Shown here piece after piece: positions 52,890 to 64,000 of a stretch of 64,000 nucleotides of DNA; within the stretch, counting starts at the first letter, position 1, and the number at the start of each line of letters is the position of its first letter. The DNA comes from Octopus vulgaris (lineage: Eukaryota). The notes under the pieces are model-generated. The model saw only the letters and a list, made by a program, of their open reading frames with translations, was not told where the DNA came from and did no database searches. A program made the position numbers and the translations under genes. Location: assembly GCA_951406725.2 (NCBI GenBank), contig OX597814.1, forward strand, positions 151,528,001 to 151,592,000. The letters are read 5' to 3'.

Positions 52890-54075
52890 ATATGTTTGTA
52901 TGTTTGTGTTTGTCCCCCTAGCATTGCTTGACAACCGATGCTGGTGTGTTTATGTCCCTGTCACTTAGCAGTTCGGCAAAAGTGACCAATAGAATAAGTA
53001 CTGGGCTTACAAAGAATAAGTCCCGGGGTCGATTTGCTTGACTAAAGTCAGTGCTCCAGCATGGCCACAGTCAAATGACTAAAACAAGTAAAAGAGTATA
53101 AGAGTAAAGAGAGTAAGGCATGACCTACAATGCTTTGAGAACCGACATACTACACAGAAATTCCCTATCAGCAGAAAGCCATTTCCGTGCATTATTACAG
53201 GATGAGAACCTGGGTGACAGAACTTCAGAATTTCTTAGGCAGATGAGAGAACAAACCGGCAGACAGTTTCTTCGTAAAGAAATTATTTTTTTCCCACTTA
53301 CCAACTAATGTACAAATGATATTAGCGAACATGATTGACGCCAACACCATAGATAAAATAGCTTCATCCGCAGATAGAATAATGGAATTTTCTCACGGAC
53401 TCACTGCGGTTGATTCAGTTATTGCTTCATCGTCTTCTCAACAACAGCCTAATGATAAAAACAAAGACACCATGTTGAAGGCTATTGATGGTTTAATGCA
53501 CCAAATAGCTCAATTCTGTTGTGTTAGTCAGCGTTCACAAAGCCACTCTTCTTATTCTAAATGATGTAACACTTTTTCAACCAACAATTCTTTGGTGTGG
53601 TGGTACCACGCACGTTTTCACAACAAGGCACGTCATTATAACAAGCTTTGTGCCTTTAAAGTATCGGAAAACTGAACCTAGAGAGCCTGGGCATGTCAGA
53701 CCTCTCTTACAGCTTTTTAGCTAATTGTGTTTGCTTCATTAGGGACCTAGTCTCAAACAGGTCGTTCATGGTCGACACAGGATTAAGTTACTGTATTTTG
53801 CCATTACGGTTCAGCTCTAACAAGCCACAGTTATCCAGTATTTCCTTATTTGCGGTGAACCAGTCTCCCATCAAAACCAATCAGGTATCTTTAACTCTAC
53901 ACCTTGCCTTGCGTTGAAATTTTAAATGGATTTTTGTCATCACTGACATGCCACATCCCATCCTCAGGGTGGATTTCTTACTTCACTATTCACTTCTGGT
54001 AGATGTCAGGACTTGTGGATACCACCACATCTTTATCTACGCCTGCAAGTGGATCTACTGCTGCCATCCTCAGCC
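51697..54075 (+). mobile_element. Decayed Gypsy LTR retrotransposon (LTR, PBS-like region, gag, protease)
   Basis: TGTAGGG start, TATA and AATAAA; gag LWFAQLDSYF...VKDII...YNALRTDIL...LLQDENLGDR; protease FMVDTG and PIL.VDFL; SINE inserted at 52671-53112. Confidence 0.8.
52671..53112 (+). mobile_element. SINE family A inserted into gag
   Basis: Matches the consensus; the gag reading resumes after it. Confidence 0.9.
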
Positions 54076-54089
54076 CATCAGCACACACA

Positions 54090-54678
54090 GGTTTTGCAGG
54101 AAATAGGTGATGCAGAGGAGACAGAGGAGTTATCTCTACCGGTGCAATAAAGGAAATGTTGGGATGTAGGAGAAACTTTCAGACTTTATTCAAAAGAAAC
54201 ACTCAGAAAAAGTTGCAACTGGGCATGCGACAGAGCTATCTAATAAGACATGCCTGACTCATTTCAGAAACACTCTAAAAGTAAGGAAGAAACAGACCTT
54301 ATTGGACAGGCTTTTATCGAAAACTCCTGTAGATGAAAGTGAGGAAAGCAGGGTGAAAAGGGCACTCCTCCACTTCAGTCAGTATTCTCAAGTTGTCCGA
54401 TCTTTAAGGTAAATGCTGTACATTATACTTATTAAAAACCAGTTTATTGCAGTACATTCTATTGTATTGTTTTTTTTATACAATATTTATTATTTATAAG
54501 TACATTTTTCCTATTTAAAAACTCACAACAAAAAAAATTGCAGTGTTTTGGGGGGGCCCAGAATGGATTAATGGCATGTCAATTCATTTCAATGGGGAAA
54601 TTTGGTTTGACATACAAGTAATTTGAGTTATGAGCACCATTACAGAATGAATTAAACTTGTAAGTCAAGGTACCACTG
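54090..54678 (+). mobile_element. Tigger/pogo-like 3' fragment
   Basis: LTHFRNTLKVRKKQTLLDR resembles a Tigger C-terminus; ends gtcaaggtaccactg (CAGTGGTACC TIR). Confidence 0.65.
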
Positions 54679-54698
54679 CATACATACATACATACATA

Positions 54699-55297
54699 AG
54701 GTGGCAAGCTGGCTGGATCATTAGCACGGTGGGTAAAATGCTTTGTGGTATTTCATCCTGTCTTTACATACTGAGTTCGAATTCTGCCATGGTTGACTTC
54801 CCCTTTCATCTTTTTAGGGGTTGATAAAATAAGTACCAGTTGAGCATTGGGCTCAATGTAATCAACTTTCACTCCCAGGTAAGAATATCAAATCCTTTTA
54901 TCAAGCTATGTTGAGCAAGTGTGGAAGAGTAGAAACATCAAAGCAGTATGATCTCAAGCTCAAATTCATGGCCTCCACATCAGAATGTGGTTAATGGAGA
55001 GAACTTGCTGAGGACTTCATCCTACAGTGGACTGAACATAAACAATCCAGTCCAATATATATCTTATTTCTTTACTGCCCACAAGGGGCTACACAAAGAG
55101 GGGACAAACAATGACAGACAAATGGATTAAGTCGATTATATCGACCCCAGTGCATAACTGGTACTTATTTAATCAACCCTGAAAGGATGAAAGGTAAAGT
55201 TGACCTTGACGGAATTTGAACTCAGAACATAGCAGCAGACGAAATACTGCTAAGTATTTTGCCTTGCATGCTAACGTTTCTGCCAGCTCACTGCCTT
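54699..55297. mobile_element. Two SINE family B copies in inverted orientation (54699-54870 +, 55062-55297 -)
   Basis: Match the family consensus. Confidence 0.75.
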
Positions 55298-55584
55298 AGT
55301 CCAATATATATATCTTTCATCCTTTATCTTTCGCTTGTATTACCCATTAGACTGTAGTCATGCTGGAGCACCATCATGAAGAATTTTAGTCAAACCTATA
55401 AACTCCAATACATATTATTATTATTTTTTTTGTAAAGCCTGGTACTTATCATATCATTCTCTTTTGCTGAACTGCTAAGTTATGGAGACGTAAACACAGC
55501 AACACTGGTTGTCAAACAGCAATGGGGAACAAACACTTAAGCAAAGACACACCACACACACACTTACATGTATATGTGTGTGTG

Positions 55585-56390
55585 TATCATCATCATCATC
55601 ATTTAATATCCATTGTCCATACCGGCATGGGTTGGACAGTTTGACTGGGCTGGCATGCTGGAAGGCTGCACCAGACTCCAGTTAGATTTAGCATGGTTTT
55701 CTGAGGCTGGATACCCTTCTTAATGCCAACCACTCTGAGAGTGTAATGGGTGTTTTTATGTGCCACCGGCACAGGTGCCATTTGTGTGACACTGGGCACT
55801 GGCATGGGTGCCAATTTGCATGACACCAGTATCTGCCATGACTGTGATTTTGTTTGGCTCAATGGGTCTTCTTCTTAAGCATGACTTAATGCCAAAGGTC
55901 TTGGTCATTACCTCCGTGAGGCTTAACACTCGAAAGGAACTCAACCACTTTGCCTCTGTGAGGCCCAACACTTGAAAGGAACTTAGCCACTTTGCCTCCA
56001 TGAGGCCCAATGCTTGAGAACTCATCCACTTTACCTCTGTGAGGCACAACACTTGAAAGGAATTCATCCACTTTGTCTCCATGAGGTCCAATGGGCAAAA
56101 GGAACTCTGCCACTTTGCCTCCATCAGGCCCAATGTTCAAAAGATGCTCTTTATGTGCACCAGCTTGGGTGCACTTGGCTTGATGGGTCCTCTGAAGCAA
56201 AGCACTTCACCAAAGGTTTCGGTCACCAGTCATTACCTCAGGGAGGCTCAAAGTTCGAAGATCATGCTTCACTCCCTTGTCCCGTGTCTTCCTCAGTCTA
56301 CCTCCACCACAGGTTCCTTCCACAGTTAGAGATCGGCACTTCTTTACACAGCTGACCTCGTCCATTTGCATCACATGACCATACCACATC
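55585..56390 (-). mobile_element. RTE LINE 3' end with a ~40-bp tandem array
   Basis: WYGHVMQMDEVSCVKKC...GRLRKT; 5-6 copies of ggcccaacacttgaaaggaactcagccactttgcctccgtga at about 55910-56135. Confidence 0.8.
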
Positions 56391-56857
56391 TGATTACATG
56401 CACACCATATATTATGTGTATGTGCATATACAATGGGCTTCTTTCAGTTTCCGTCTGCCAAAGCCACGCACAAGGCTTTGGTCAGCATGAAGCTATAGTA
56501 GAAGACACTTGCCTGAGGTGCCACACTGTAGGATTGAACCTAAAACCAAGTAGTCAGGAAGCAAACTTCTTACCATAAACCCACGCCTTCACCAATGTAT
56601 GTGAGTAATATGGATAAACACAAGTTTATATTATAGTGTCTATGTGTATTTCACCATTACGGCTGGTTGGACCTCATCACTTGGTGTTCCAAGTGCATTT
56701 AGGTGCTAAGCCAAAATGAATCATAACAGAACACTTTATTAGTTACCTGTAATTTAATGCAATAAAGTGTTGCCTAATGATCCATTGTGGTTGAACAACT
56801 AAATCTACTTGGAACACTTATTACAGGACACCAAACAACCATAATGGTAAAATGCGC

Positions 56858-57280
56858 ATCATCATCATCATCATCATCATTGTTTAACGTCCGCTTTCCA
56901 TGCTAGCATGGGTTGGACGGTTCAACTGGGGTCTGGGAAGCCAGAAAACTGCACCAGGCTCCAGTCTGATCTGGCAGAGTTTCTACAGCTGGATGCCCTT
57001 CCTAACGCCAACCACTCCATGAGTGTAGTGGGTTCTTTTTACCTGCCATCGGCACAGGTGCCAGACGAGGCTGGCAAACGGCCACGGTCGGATGGTGCTT
57101 TTTACGTGCCACCGGCATGGAGACCAGACGAAGCTGGCAATGGCATGATCGGATGGTGCTTTTTATGTGCCACCGCAGAGAGGCCAGTCAGGGAGGCGCT
57201 GGCTATGGCCACATTTGGATCGTCCTCTTACGTGCCACTGGCACTGGTATCACAGCTACAAATTCCATTGATGTTGATCG
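56858..57280 (-). mobile_element. RTE-derived 3' tail element with (CAT)n
   Basis: Shares tttaacgtccgctttccatgc...ggatgcccttcctaacgccaaccac with the other RTE ends. Confidence 0.7.
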
Positions 57281-57434
57281 ATTAAAGAACTATAATATAA
57301 ATTTGTGCTTATCCTTAGTTCTTTAACATATGCCCCATTGCTCATAACTCATCATACTACTCAGTATAGAAGTTACAACTACACATGAAGCAGACTGGAT
57401 TATGATAGTCTTCATGGGGCTCTAAACATATCTG

Positions 57435-57770
57435 AGACCTCCTTCAGTCACGATACAGACCATGGGATTGTACCTAGAAAGTTACCCTTCCAGGCAAAAG
57501 TCCAGGCAAGGTTGTTTATGGAAGACCAGCAGTCGCCCATGCATACTGGCCTCCCCTTTCCACGCCACCGATGTTATCCAAGGGAAAGGCAAAGGCCGAT
57601 GCAGCTTGGCACCTGTGACATCGCAACTCATTTCTACAGCTGAGTGAACTGGAGCAACGTGAAATAAAGTGTCTTGCTCAAGAATACAACACGCAGCCTG
57701 ATCCGGGATTCGAGCTCACAACCTCACAATTGTAAGCTTGACACTCTAACCACTGAGCTATGCACCTTCA
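57435..57770 (-). mobile_element. SINE family C variant
   Basis: Matches 30035-30376. Confidence 0.75.
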
Positions 57771-58696
57771 CAATGGGCTCTTAACATAACAGTAGCAATT
57801 ACATCTATTTGTATATGCATACATACATACATAAAATATATTTAAGATTCCGTTGAATTAGGTACTTAAATTCAAGCACTTTGCATGGTCAGTGTAATCC
57901 GCAGCACCCAAGCAATATTTATTGAATACTGAATATCAAGACTCCGTGCAGGAGGATTTGTACCTGATATTCCTGCAGTGTGTGCAGACAATGCAACGCA
58001 GCTAAGTGAAGATATCCATTCTTGGTAATTCAGACATGTACTTCTTATAAAGGTACTTTGAATAGTATTTCTGAAGTGCAGATTCCAAGTTAGGCAAATA
58101 AAATGTGAGTAACAAAGATGTACAGGTGTCAATTCCTTACAGATGTTTCAAGTGACTTCTTTTATTGATTAATGAAAACATTACATCATTTGAAAGAAAC
58201 TGTTCTCATCAGATGACCACATAGACTTCAAACATATAGGATACAACCATTTCCCTAACATATTCACATCAAGAATGGAACTCAAGATATTTACATTGTT
58301 TCTATTGTCATATTTGCAGCAGAATGAGTTTAGAAAATAATGCATACATTGTTAAGTCTACTATAATTTAGAGAGTAGCAGAGGAGATAGTGGGGGTCAG
58401 GGTAAAAAAAGAATGGTGACCTAGTTACATTTAGATGACTTTATGTAGAATGTAGCCTTCAACCATTTAGAATCATTTAGAATGGGAGTTGTCAACTGTA
58501 TTCTAATTAATGGTAATAAGTCAATGTCAGACAATCTACTAGACTCTGCAATGTACTGGAACCATACATCTAGCTTTATCTACACTAAACGGTAGGGCTT
58601 AGGGTTAGTAGCAAGGGAATGCTTGATGGGGAAGGGATGATAATTGGAAGAAAGAAGGATAGGGATGGCCAAAACTTATTTTGAGTAACATATTAA

Positions 58697-58917
58697 CCCT
58701 TTAGTGTTCACATTATTCTGCCAAAGTTAATCCTTTTTTATCCACATTGTTTCGAACTAATCATGCATTATCTTGTAGCTATGAGATTTTGATAAGGTAG
58801 CTGTTAATTTTTAAAACGATATTGTAGGGTTGGTGTGAGAGACCAGATCTGGTCAGTTTGAACATAAAACAGGCAGAATACTTTTGGCCGGATATGGCTG
58901 GTTTAAATGCTAAAGGG
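58697..58917. mobile_element. piggyBac-like MITE family 1
   Basis: TTAA TSD and CCCTTTAG/CTAAAGGG termini. Confidence 0.8.
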
Positions 58918-59335
58918 TTAAAAGGGAATATAATGAAAAGCCAAAGGGATAAGTAATATAAACTTTAGGAATGGAATTTAGAATTGAAAGATAAGGGAGG
59001 TAATAAAATATAACTTAGCAAATTTATGATATTAAAGTGAGAAAATTTAAATCAATATATAGAAGAAGGATAGAAATTAAATTTACAACCTAATAATGCA
59101 ATACTTTAATATATAAGAGAAGCTATTAAGACTTTTCTAAAACATAGTCTATAGAAGATCATGATAAAAACATTCTATAATGAATGTATAATGGAATTAT
59201 ATTATCATATGAATAGAAATTCATAGTATATTTTGAACTAATATAAGAACTATTCTCTTCATTATGGGTGGATAGATATAAAATATCCTACACTTCATAA
59301 GGCCAAGGAAAAATTCCTGGGTAGTTGTTGGCATG

Positions 59336-60790
59336 TTTCTAGACAGATGAAAATGAAACGAAAGATAGCCGGTTAAGTAGGTGGGTAGATAACCTGGTTG
59401 CATTTGTCCCAGTAGAGAAAGAGAGGAAGAAAGGTAGAGGGAGAGAGGGAGAGAAAGAGAGAGATAGAGAAAGAGAGGGAGAGACAGAGAGAGAGAGAGA
59501 GTGCAGGTAATATAGGGAACAGCACCAGTGAGAAGGGGGAATTGGGAGAAGAGATAAATGGTAGGGGTGGTGACAAATTTCTAGACAGAACAAAATGTAA
59601 GATAGCTGGTTAAGTGAGTGGGTTGATGAGCAGCGGGGCTGGCTGCATTTGTCCTAGGAGAGAGAGAAGTGCAGGTAATGTATGAGGAACAGCCCCAGTG
59701 GGGAGGAGGGGTTGGGAGAATAGACACTGGTAATGGTGGTGTGAGAAGGGATATCTGGTGCAGATGGTGGCAAGATATTGGTGGTGGGAGCGGGAAAGGG
59801 CAGGTGCACCACGAACAAGCCAAGTTTAGTTTGGAGACAAAATATGGTGATAAGAATGAGAATTAAACATGAGAATTAAACAGACCAAGAAGGAGAAACA
59901 AGTAATTATCTTAACGAAATTACATGAGAGATAAAATTAAAACTATATTTTGAGGGGACATTTTCAATGGTTAACTCATGAAAACAAGCTGTTAGTAAAT
60001 AAAGTGTTAATGGTAAATGAAGTACAAGGAATGGAAAAAAAAATGAGAAAAGTCTTAGCTTCTTGACATCGTTTGGTGAAGGAATGAATGGAACCACATG
60101 AGACGGGAGTTTTTAAACAGATAAACTGCAACCGGAAGCGAGTTTAGTATGGGGACAGAAAGACGAAAATATGATAATAAGAAATGAGAATTAAACAGAC
60201 AGAGAAGGAGAAATGAGTAATTATCTTAATGAAATTACAGGAGCAATAAAATTATATATATATTTATATATATATATATATATATACTACATATGTGGAA
60301 AATCGGAGTACGTTTGTTTGTGGCGTTATTAGCTAACTCCTCCTACATCATTTTATTGATGTTGATGAAACTTGACACATGAGTAGAACTCATGTCTGGA
60401 AACCTCGTGACATACTTAGATTGTTGAAAAAATCGATAACACGGCCCCTGGAAGGGACCATTATATCTACCTCATATAACTAATTTTTTTTCTTTAAACA
60501 CCCAATGGAAATAACCCATAGCACCTGTACAATATTTTCTTTTAAACATTCAAGGGAAATAACCCATTTCATTGTTTATGTTGAATTATATTGAATATTG
60601 ATTTTTTGTGTCCTATTTCTAATTTTTGCATTCATTTGACATGTGAGTAGAACTATGTCTAGAAACCTCATGACATACTTAGATTGTTGAAAAAATCGAG
60701 AATAGGGACCTTCCAATGGATCCTTTTATCTACTACATATTACTAATATGTTATTTAAACAAACCAAGGGAAATAACCCATACCACCTGC
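59336..60790. repeat. Three diverged local duplications (59336-59575/59578-59740; 59810-59940/60130-60255; 60372-60530/60637-60790)
   Basis: Shared anchors ttctagacaga, atgagaattaaacagac and tgaca..tgagtagaact. Confidence 0.65.
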
Positions 60791-61391
60791 AGATTTTAGC
60801 GAAGCGATTAATATTTGATTCTCATGATCAGCTGACCTAATTCTGCATTTCACTACACACAGTTTTGAACTGCTAAACATTATTGTTGTACTTCCTTATA
60901 TTAAATTTTAAACATTAAAGACTTCCTTCATACATTTCTATACATACATACTTTTTTGAATGCCCATTACTCCAATAATTCTGCATCTTTACAGTTACAC
61001 TTTTTCCATGACAGTAGATAAATGTTTTTATTCTACAACTCAGTTGTAGTGGCCACATGCAAACATAGCGTGGATTCCATCCTCAATTGCCAAATTTCTC
61101 TTAACACTTCAACAGCACTTTTCTCATGGTAAAATGATAGTTTTCCTGTGAATGACAGCAGTTATACATTTCCCAGATGCCTTCGCTAAGCAAAATAATG
61201 TCTTCGCCTCTTACCAACCTCTCTCACCAACCTCTAACAATCTTTCTCACTAACCTCTGAAAACCTCCAACAATCTCTCCCTCCTCCAGCTGACAGTTTT
61301 TGCACTTTTTTGTGACAGTTTTCTTATATCACAGTAATAAGGCGTTTCAATAGAACTACTTTACCCCATATATATAAAGATATATATATAT

Positions 61392-61640
61392 ATCTGTAAA
61401 TATAATATGTGACAATTATTTGGTAGCCATGATGAAACTTCAATTTATTCAGTTATCCGGCCATTGAAAAAATGCTATGAAAATGACCGTTAAACACAGT
61501 CCCTTTGTTTAACAGTCATTTTCATAGCATTTGTTCGATGGCCGGATAACTGAAGAGATGGCAGCGTGGGTTTCCGCCCCGACATCCGAAACTCGGAGTT
61601 TGATCATGGCTACCAAATTGTCACATATATTTACAGATAA
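61392..61640. mobile_element. Long palindromic Penelope-LTR-like element with a hammerhead-like motif
   Basis: Nested inverted arms (ttcagttatccggccat...gttaaaca / tgtttaac...atggccggataactgaa); CTGAAGA gatg...catc cGAAA ctcggagtt at 61550-61600. Confidence 0.65.
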
Positions 61641-61699
61641 ATTCCTCTATTTACATAATATTGGTCTCTTCCATTCTCTTGTCGTCTTACCATTTCTAT

Positions 61700-61734
<35 letters not shown>

Positions 61735-61737
<3 letters not shown>

Positions 61738-61859
61738 TTTTGTAAGCCCAGTACTTATTCTATCGGTCTCTTTTGCTGAACCGCTAAGTAATGGGGACAT
61801 AAACACACCAGCATCGGTTGTCAAGCAATGCTAGGGGGACAAACACAGACACATAAACA

Positions 61860-61897
<38 letters not shown>

Positions 61898-62695
61898 GAT
61901 AAATCTCAGAGCGAGTTATAAACAGTAGCAGCAACACATCATGACGTATATTTGCCATTTGAATATGGCTAAACCCTAAGGGTGGATGCTACTGTAGTTT
62001 GTAGCCCCAGGAAGACACCTCCTCCAGCTGGCTATAGACACACATTCTGTGCCCTATCAGTATTTGTGAAGGAAAGTCATCCCTCCCGTCTTCAACTTAT
62101 GATACACACGGACTCGAGTTTCAAGGTATTGCCCTATCATCGGCGTGTGACAATCATAGTTGTTGACGAGAAGTCAGTTTCCCTCACAAATACATATACT
62201 TTTTCCAGTATCGATTGACACTGATATTGAAAAAGTGAAATCAAACAATGATAAATCTCAGAGCGTGAGGGAAACTGACTTCTCGTCGACAACTATGATT
62301 GTCACACACCGATGATAGGGCAATACCTTGAAACTCGAGTCCGTGTGTATCATAAGTTGAAGACGGGAAGGATGACTTCCCTTCACAAATACTGATAGGG
62401 CACAGAACGTGTGTCTATAGCCAGCTGGAGGAGGTGTCTTCTTGGGGCTACAAACTACAGTAGCATCCACCCTTAGGGGTTAGCCATATTCAAATGGCAA
62501 ATATACGTCACTATATATATATATATATATACGACGGGCTTCTTTCAGTTTCCGTCTACCAAATCCACTCACAAGGCTTTGGTCGGCCCGAGGCTATAGT
62601 AGAAGACACTTGCCCAAGGTCCCACACAGTGCGACTGAATCCGGAACCATGTGGTTGGTAAACAAGGTACTTACCACACAGCCACTCCTGCGCCT
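61735..62695 (-). mobile_element. SINE family A split at its internal TA repeat by an inverted-repeat insertion
   Basis: 3' half at 61735-61862 and 5' half at 62531-62695. Confidence 0.85.
61942..62510. repeat. Inverted repeat with 246-bp arms (61942-62187 / 62265-62510)
   Basis: Arms nearly identical in reverse complement; ORFs 61982+ and 62470- translate almost identically. Confidence 0.95.
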
Positions 62696-62843
62696 ATATA
62701 TGTATATATATAACATAAACTCTTTTCTTTATTCACCATAGGGATGATATACAATCTAATCTAATAAAGAACTCTTGCTTATTAGGTTTTTCCAAGACGC
62801 TCAGGCAATAAGCAATGATTTTCTAAAATTTTCGATTGTTTAG

Positions 62844-62997
62844 GAATCTGTACTTGAATATCCGTGTGACGCAGAAGTGCGTTACAACGCACCGTCCGAG
62901 AATCACCGGCTTACCGCGGCAGTGGACTAAGTTGTTCTGGATATCCAATACAGAATGCCTTCGGTTATAGATCCGCTTGATTATGGTCGACACGGAG
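62844..62997 (+). other. CpG-rich candidate exon or promoter region
   Basis: Plus acceptor gattgtttag| and donor gag|gtaaac; a minus-strand donor gcg|gtaagc at 62915 is also present. Confidence 0.35.
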
Positions 62998-63526
62998 GTA
63001 AACAAATAAACCAAATGAATTTCTCCAGATGTTTCTACAAATTTCATTTCATGAAATTTTGGAATTGTACTCCCTCTGCAAGTGATTTGAATTTGTGTTG
63101 AAACAAAAAATTACTTTAAGGAAAAGTAATTTAAAAGTCATTTATAACTCACATTTACCGTTACATTTGATTTTTTTTTATAGTATTGAATACTATTAAG
63201 TGTTAAGTGCAGTGAAATTGTATCAGTGACCACATCATAGATGCGCAACAAGACTTTATAGCATAAGATGCACTGTTGTAAAATAAAGCAAAAGTACAGA
63301 CAAACCGTATATATATATATTTTAAATAGATATCACGACTATACAAAAGTTAATTACTCCAATAAAGTTTAATATAATTTTATCGGAAAGATTACTTTAC
63401 CAAGCTTCTTAAAGGGAGATAACTATAAAGTTCTGTTTAGTCCACCAATCGTATTTCCTTTATTATACTTCTTTGGATTCTGCGTATTTACTCCTCTTTG
63501 CACGTAATTTTCATTCAACGTTTCAG

Positions 63527-63852
63527 CAAAGGTCTCCCTGGTATGTCTGACTGGAATCAATTGAACACTTACTACCGTATTATATACGACTACCTAAAAC
63601 CAGATCAAGTGATATCGTGTGCGGAAGGTGTATTGCAGTCTATTGTAGGGACAGCAAACTCAGACCAGGGCGACACTACCTTGGCAAGTAGTGACACAGC
63701 AAATGCTCCAGGTCGGCTGTGTTTTGTGAACAGTCCTGTACAAGTGAGGGTTTTACTTGGATTGCTTGCTTATTTCTTCATCACTATTGTCCTTATCCAT
63801 TTGGCCTGGCTTCTGTACGGATTTGATATAAATGAATTATTCGTACGATCTG
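63527..63852 (+). CDS. Probable coding exon of an unidentified membrane protein
   Basis: Acceptor tttcag| at 63526, ATG at 63543, open frame MSDWNQLNTYYRII...VRVLLGLLAYFFITIVLIHLAWLLYG...FVRS, strong donor g|gtgagt at 63853. Missed by the ORF track because the frame runs off the window. Confidence 0.55.
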
Positions 63853-64000
63853 GTGAGTTACAGAAATTCAAAACACACCTGTATCATTACATTTACGTTT
63901 GTTTATTATTATCATTATTATTAATATTATTTTTTTCTTTATTAACATTTATATACTGCAGTGTCGGTAGTTGGTCGTACATCTACCTGTTTATCTACTA

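Noticed and set aside
55910-56135. ~40-bp repeat array superficially like CRISPR
   Set aside because: Head-to-tail tandem units with no unique spacers, inside an RTE 3' UTR, in eukaryotic DNA.
57872-58132. 86-aa minus ORF or possible exon
   Set aside because: No recognisable domain and no consistent splice-phase partner.
61982-62470. Pair of near-identical small ORFs on opposite strands
   Set aside because: A consequence of the inverted repeat, not duplicated genes.

Overview
AT-rich, repeat-dense animal DNA, most likely octopus (inferred from three tRNA-derived SINE families with internal microsatellites and abundant CA/TA/TATG/GA repeats). Nearly all short ORFs in the track are microsatellite or repeat artefacts. 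The only clear intact gene is an intronless minus-strand purple acid phosphatase of the ACP7/PAPL family (37537-39063). It has a predicted signal peptide, a C-terminal transmembrane anchor and an unusual GDHE in place of GNHE. A probable plus-strand membrane-protein exon lies at the right edge (about 63.5-63.85 kb). The rest is transposable-element debris: a full-length decayed hAT/Buster element, other hAT, Tc1/mariner, Tigger and Helitron fragments, piggyBac-like and Merlin/MULE-like MITEs, a solo LTR, a Gypsy remnant, Penelope fragments with hammerhead-like motifs and palindromes, and RTE, Tx1/L1 and CR1 LINEs. The most anomalous segment is a 327-nt, about 50% GC, CpG-rich insert at 27357-27683 in a CpG-depleted region. 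It carries hammerhead-like motifs and is a candidate retrozyme-like element or foreign insertion. Coordinates of degenerate repeats are approximate; no database searches were run.
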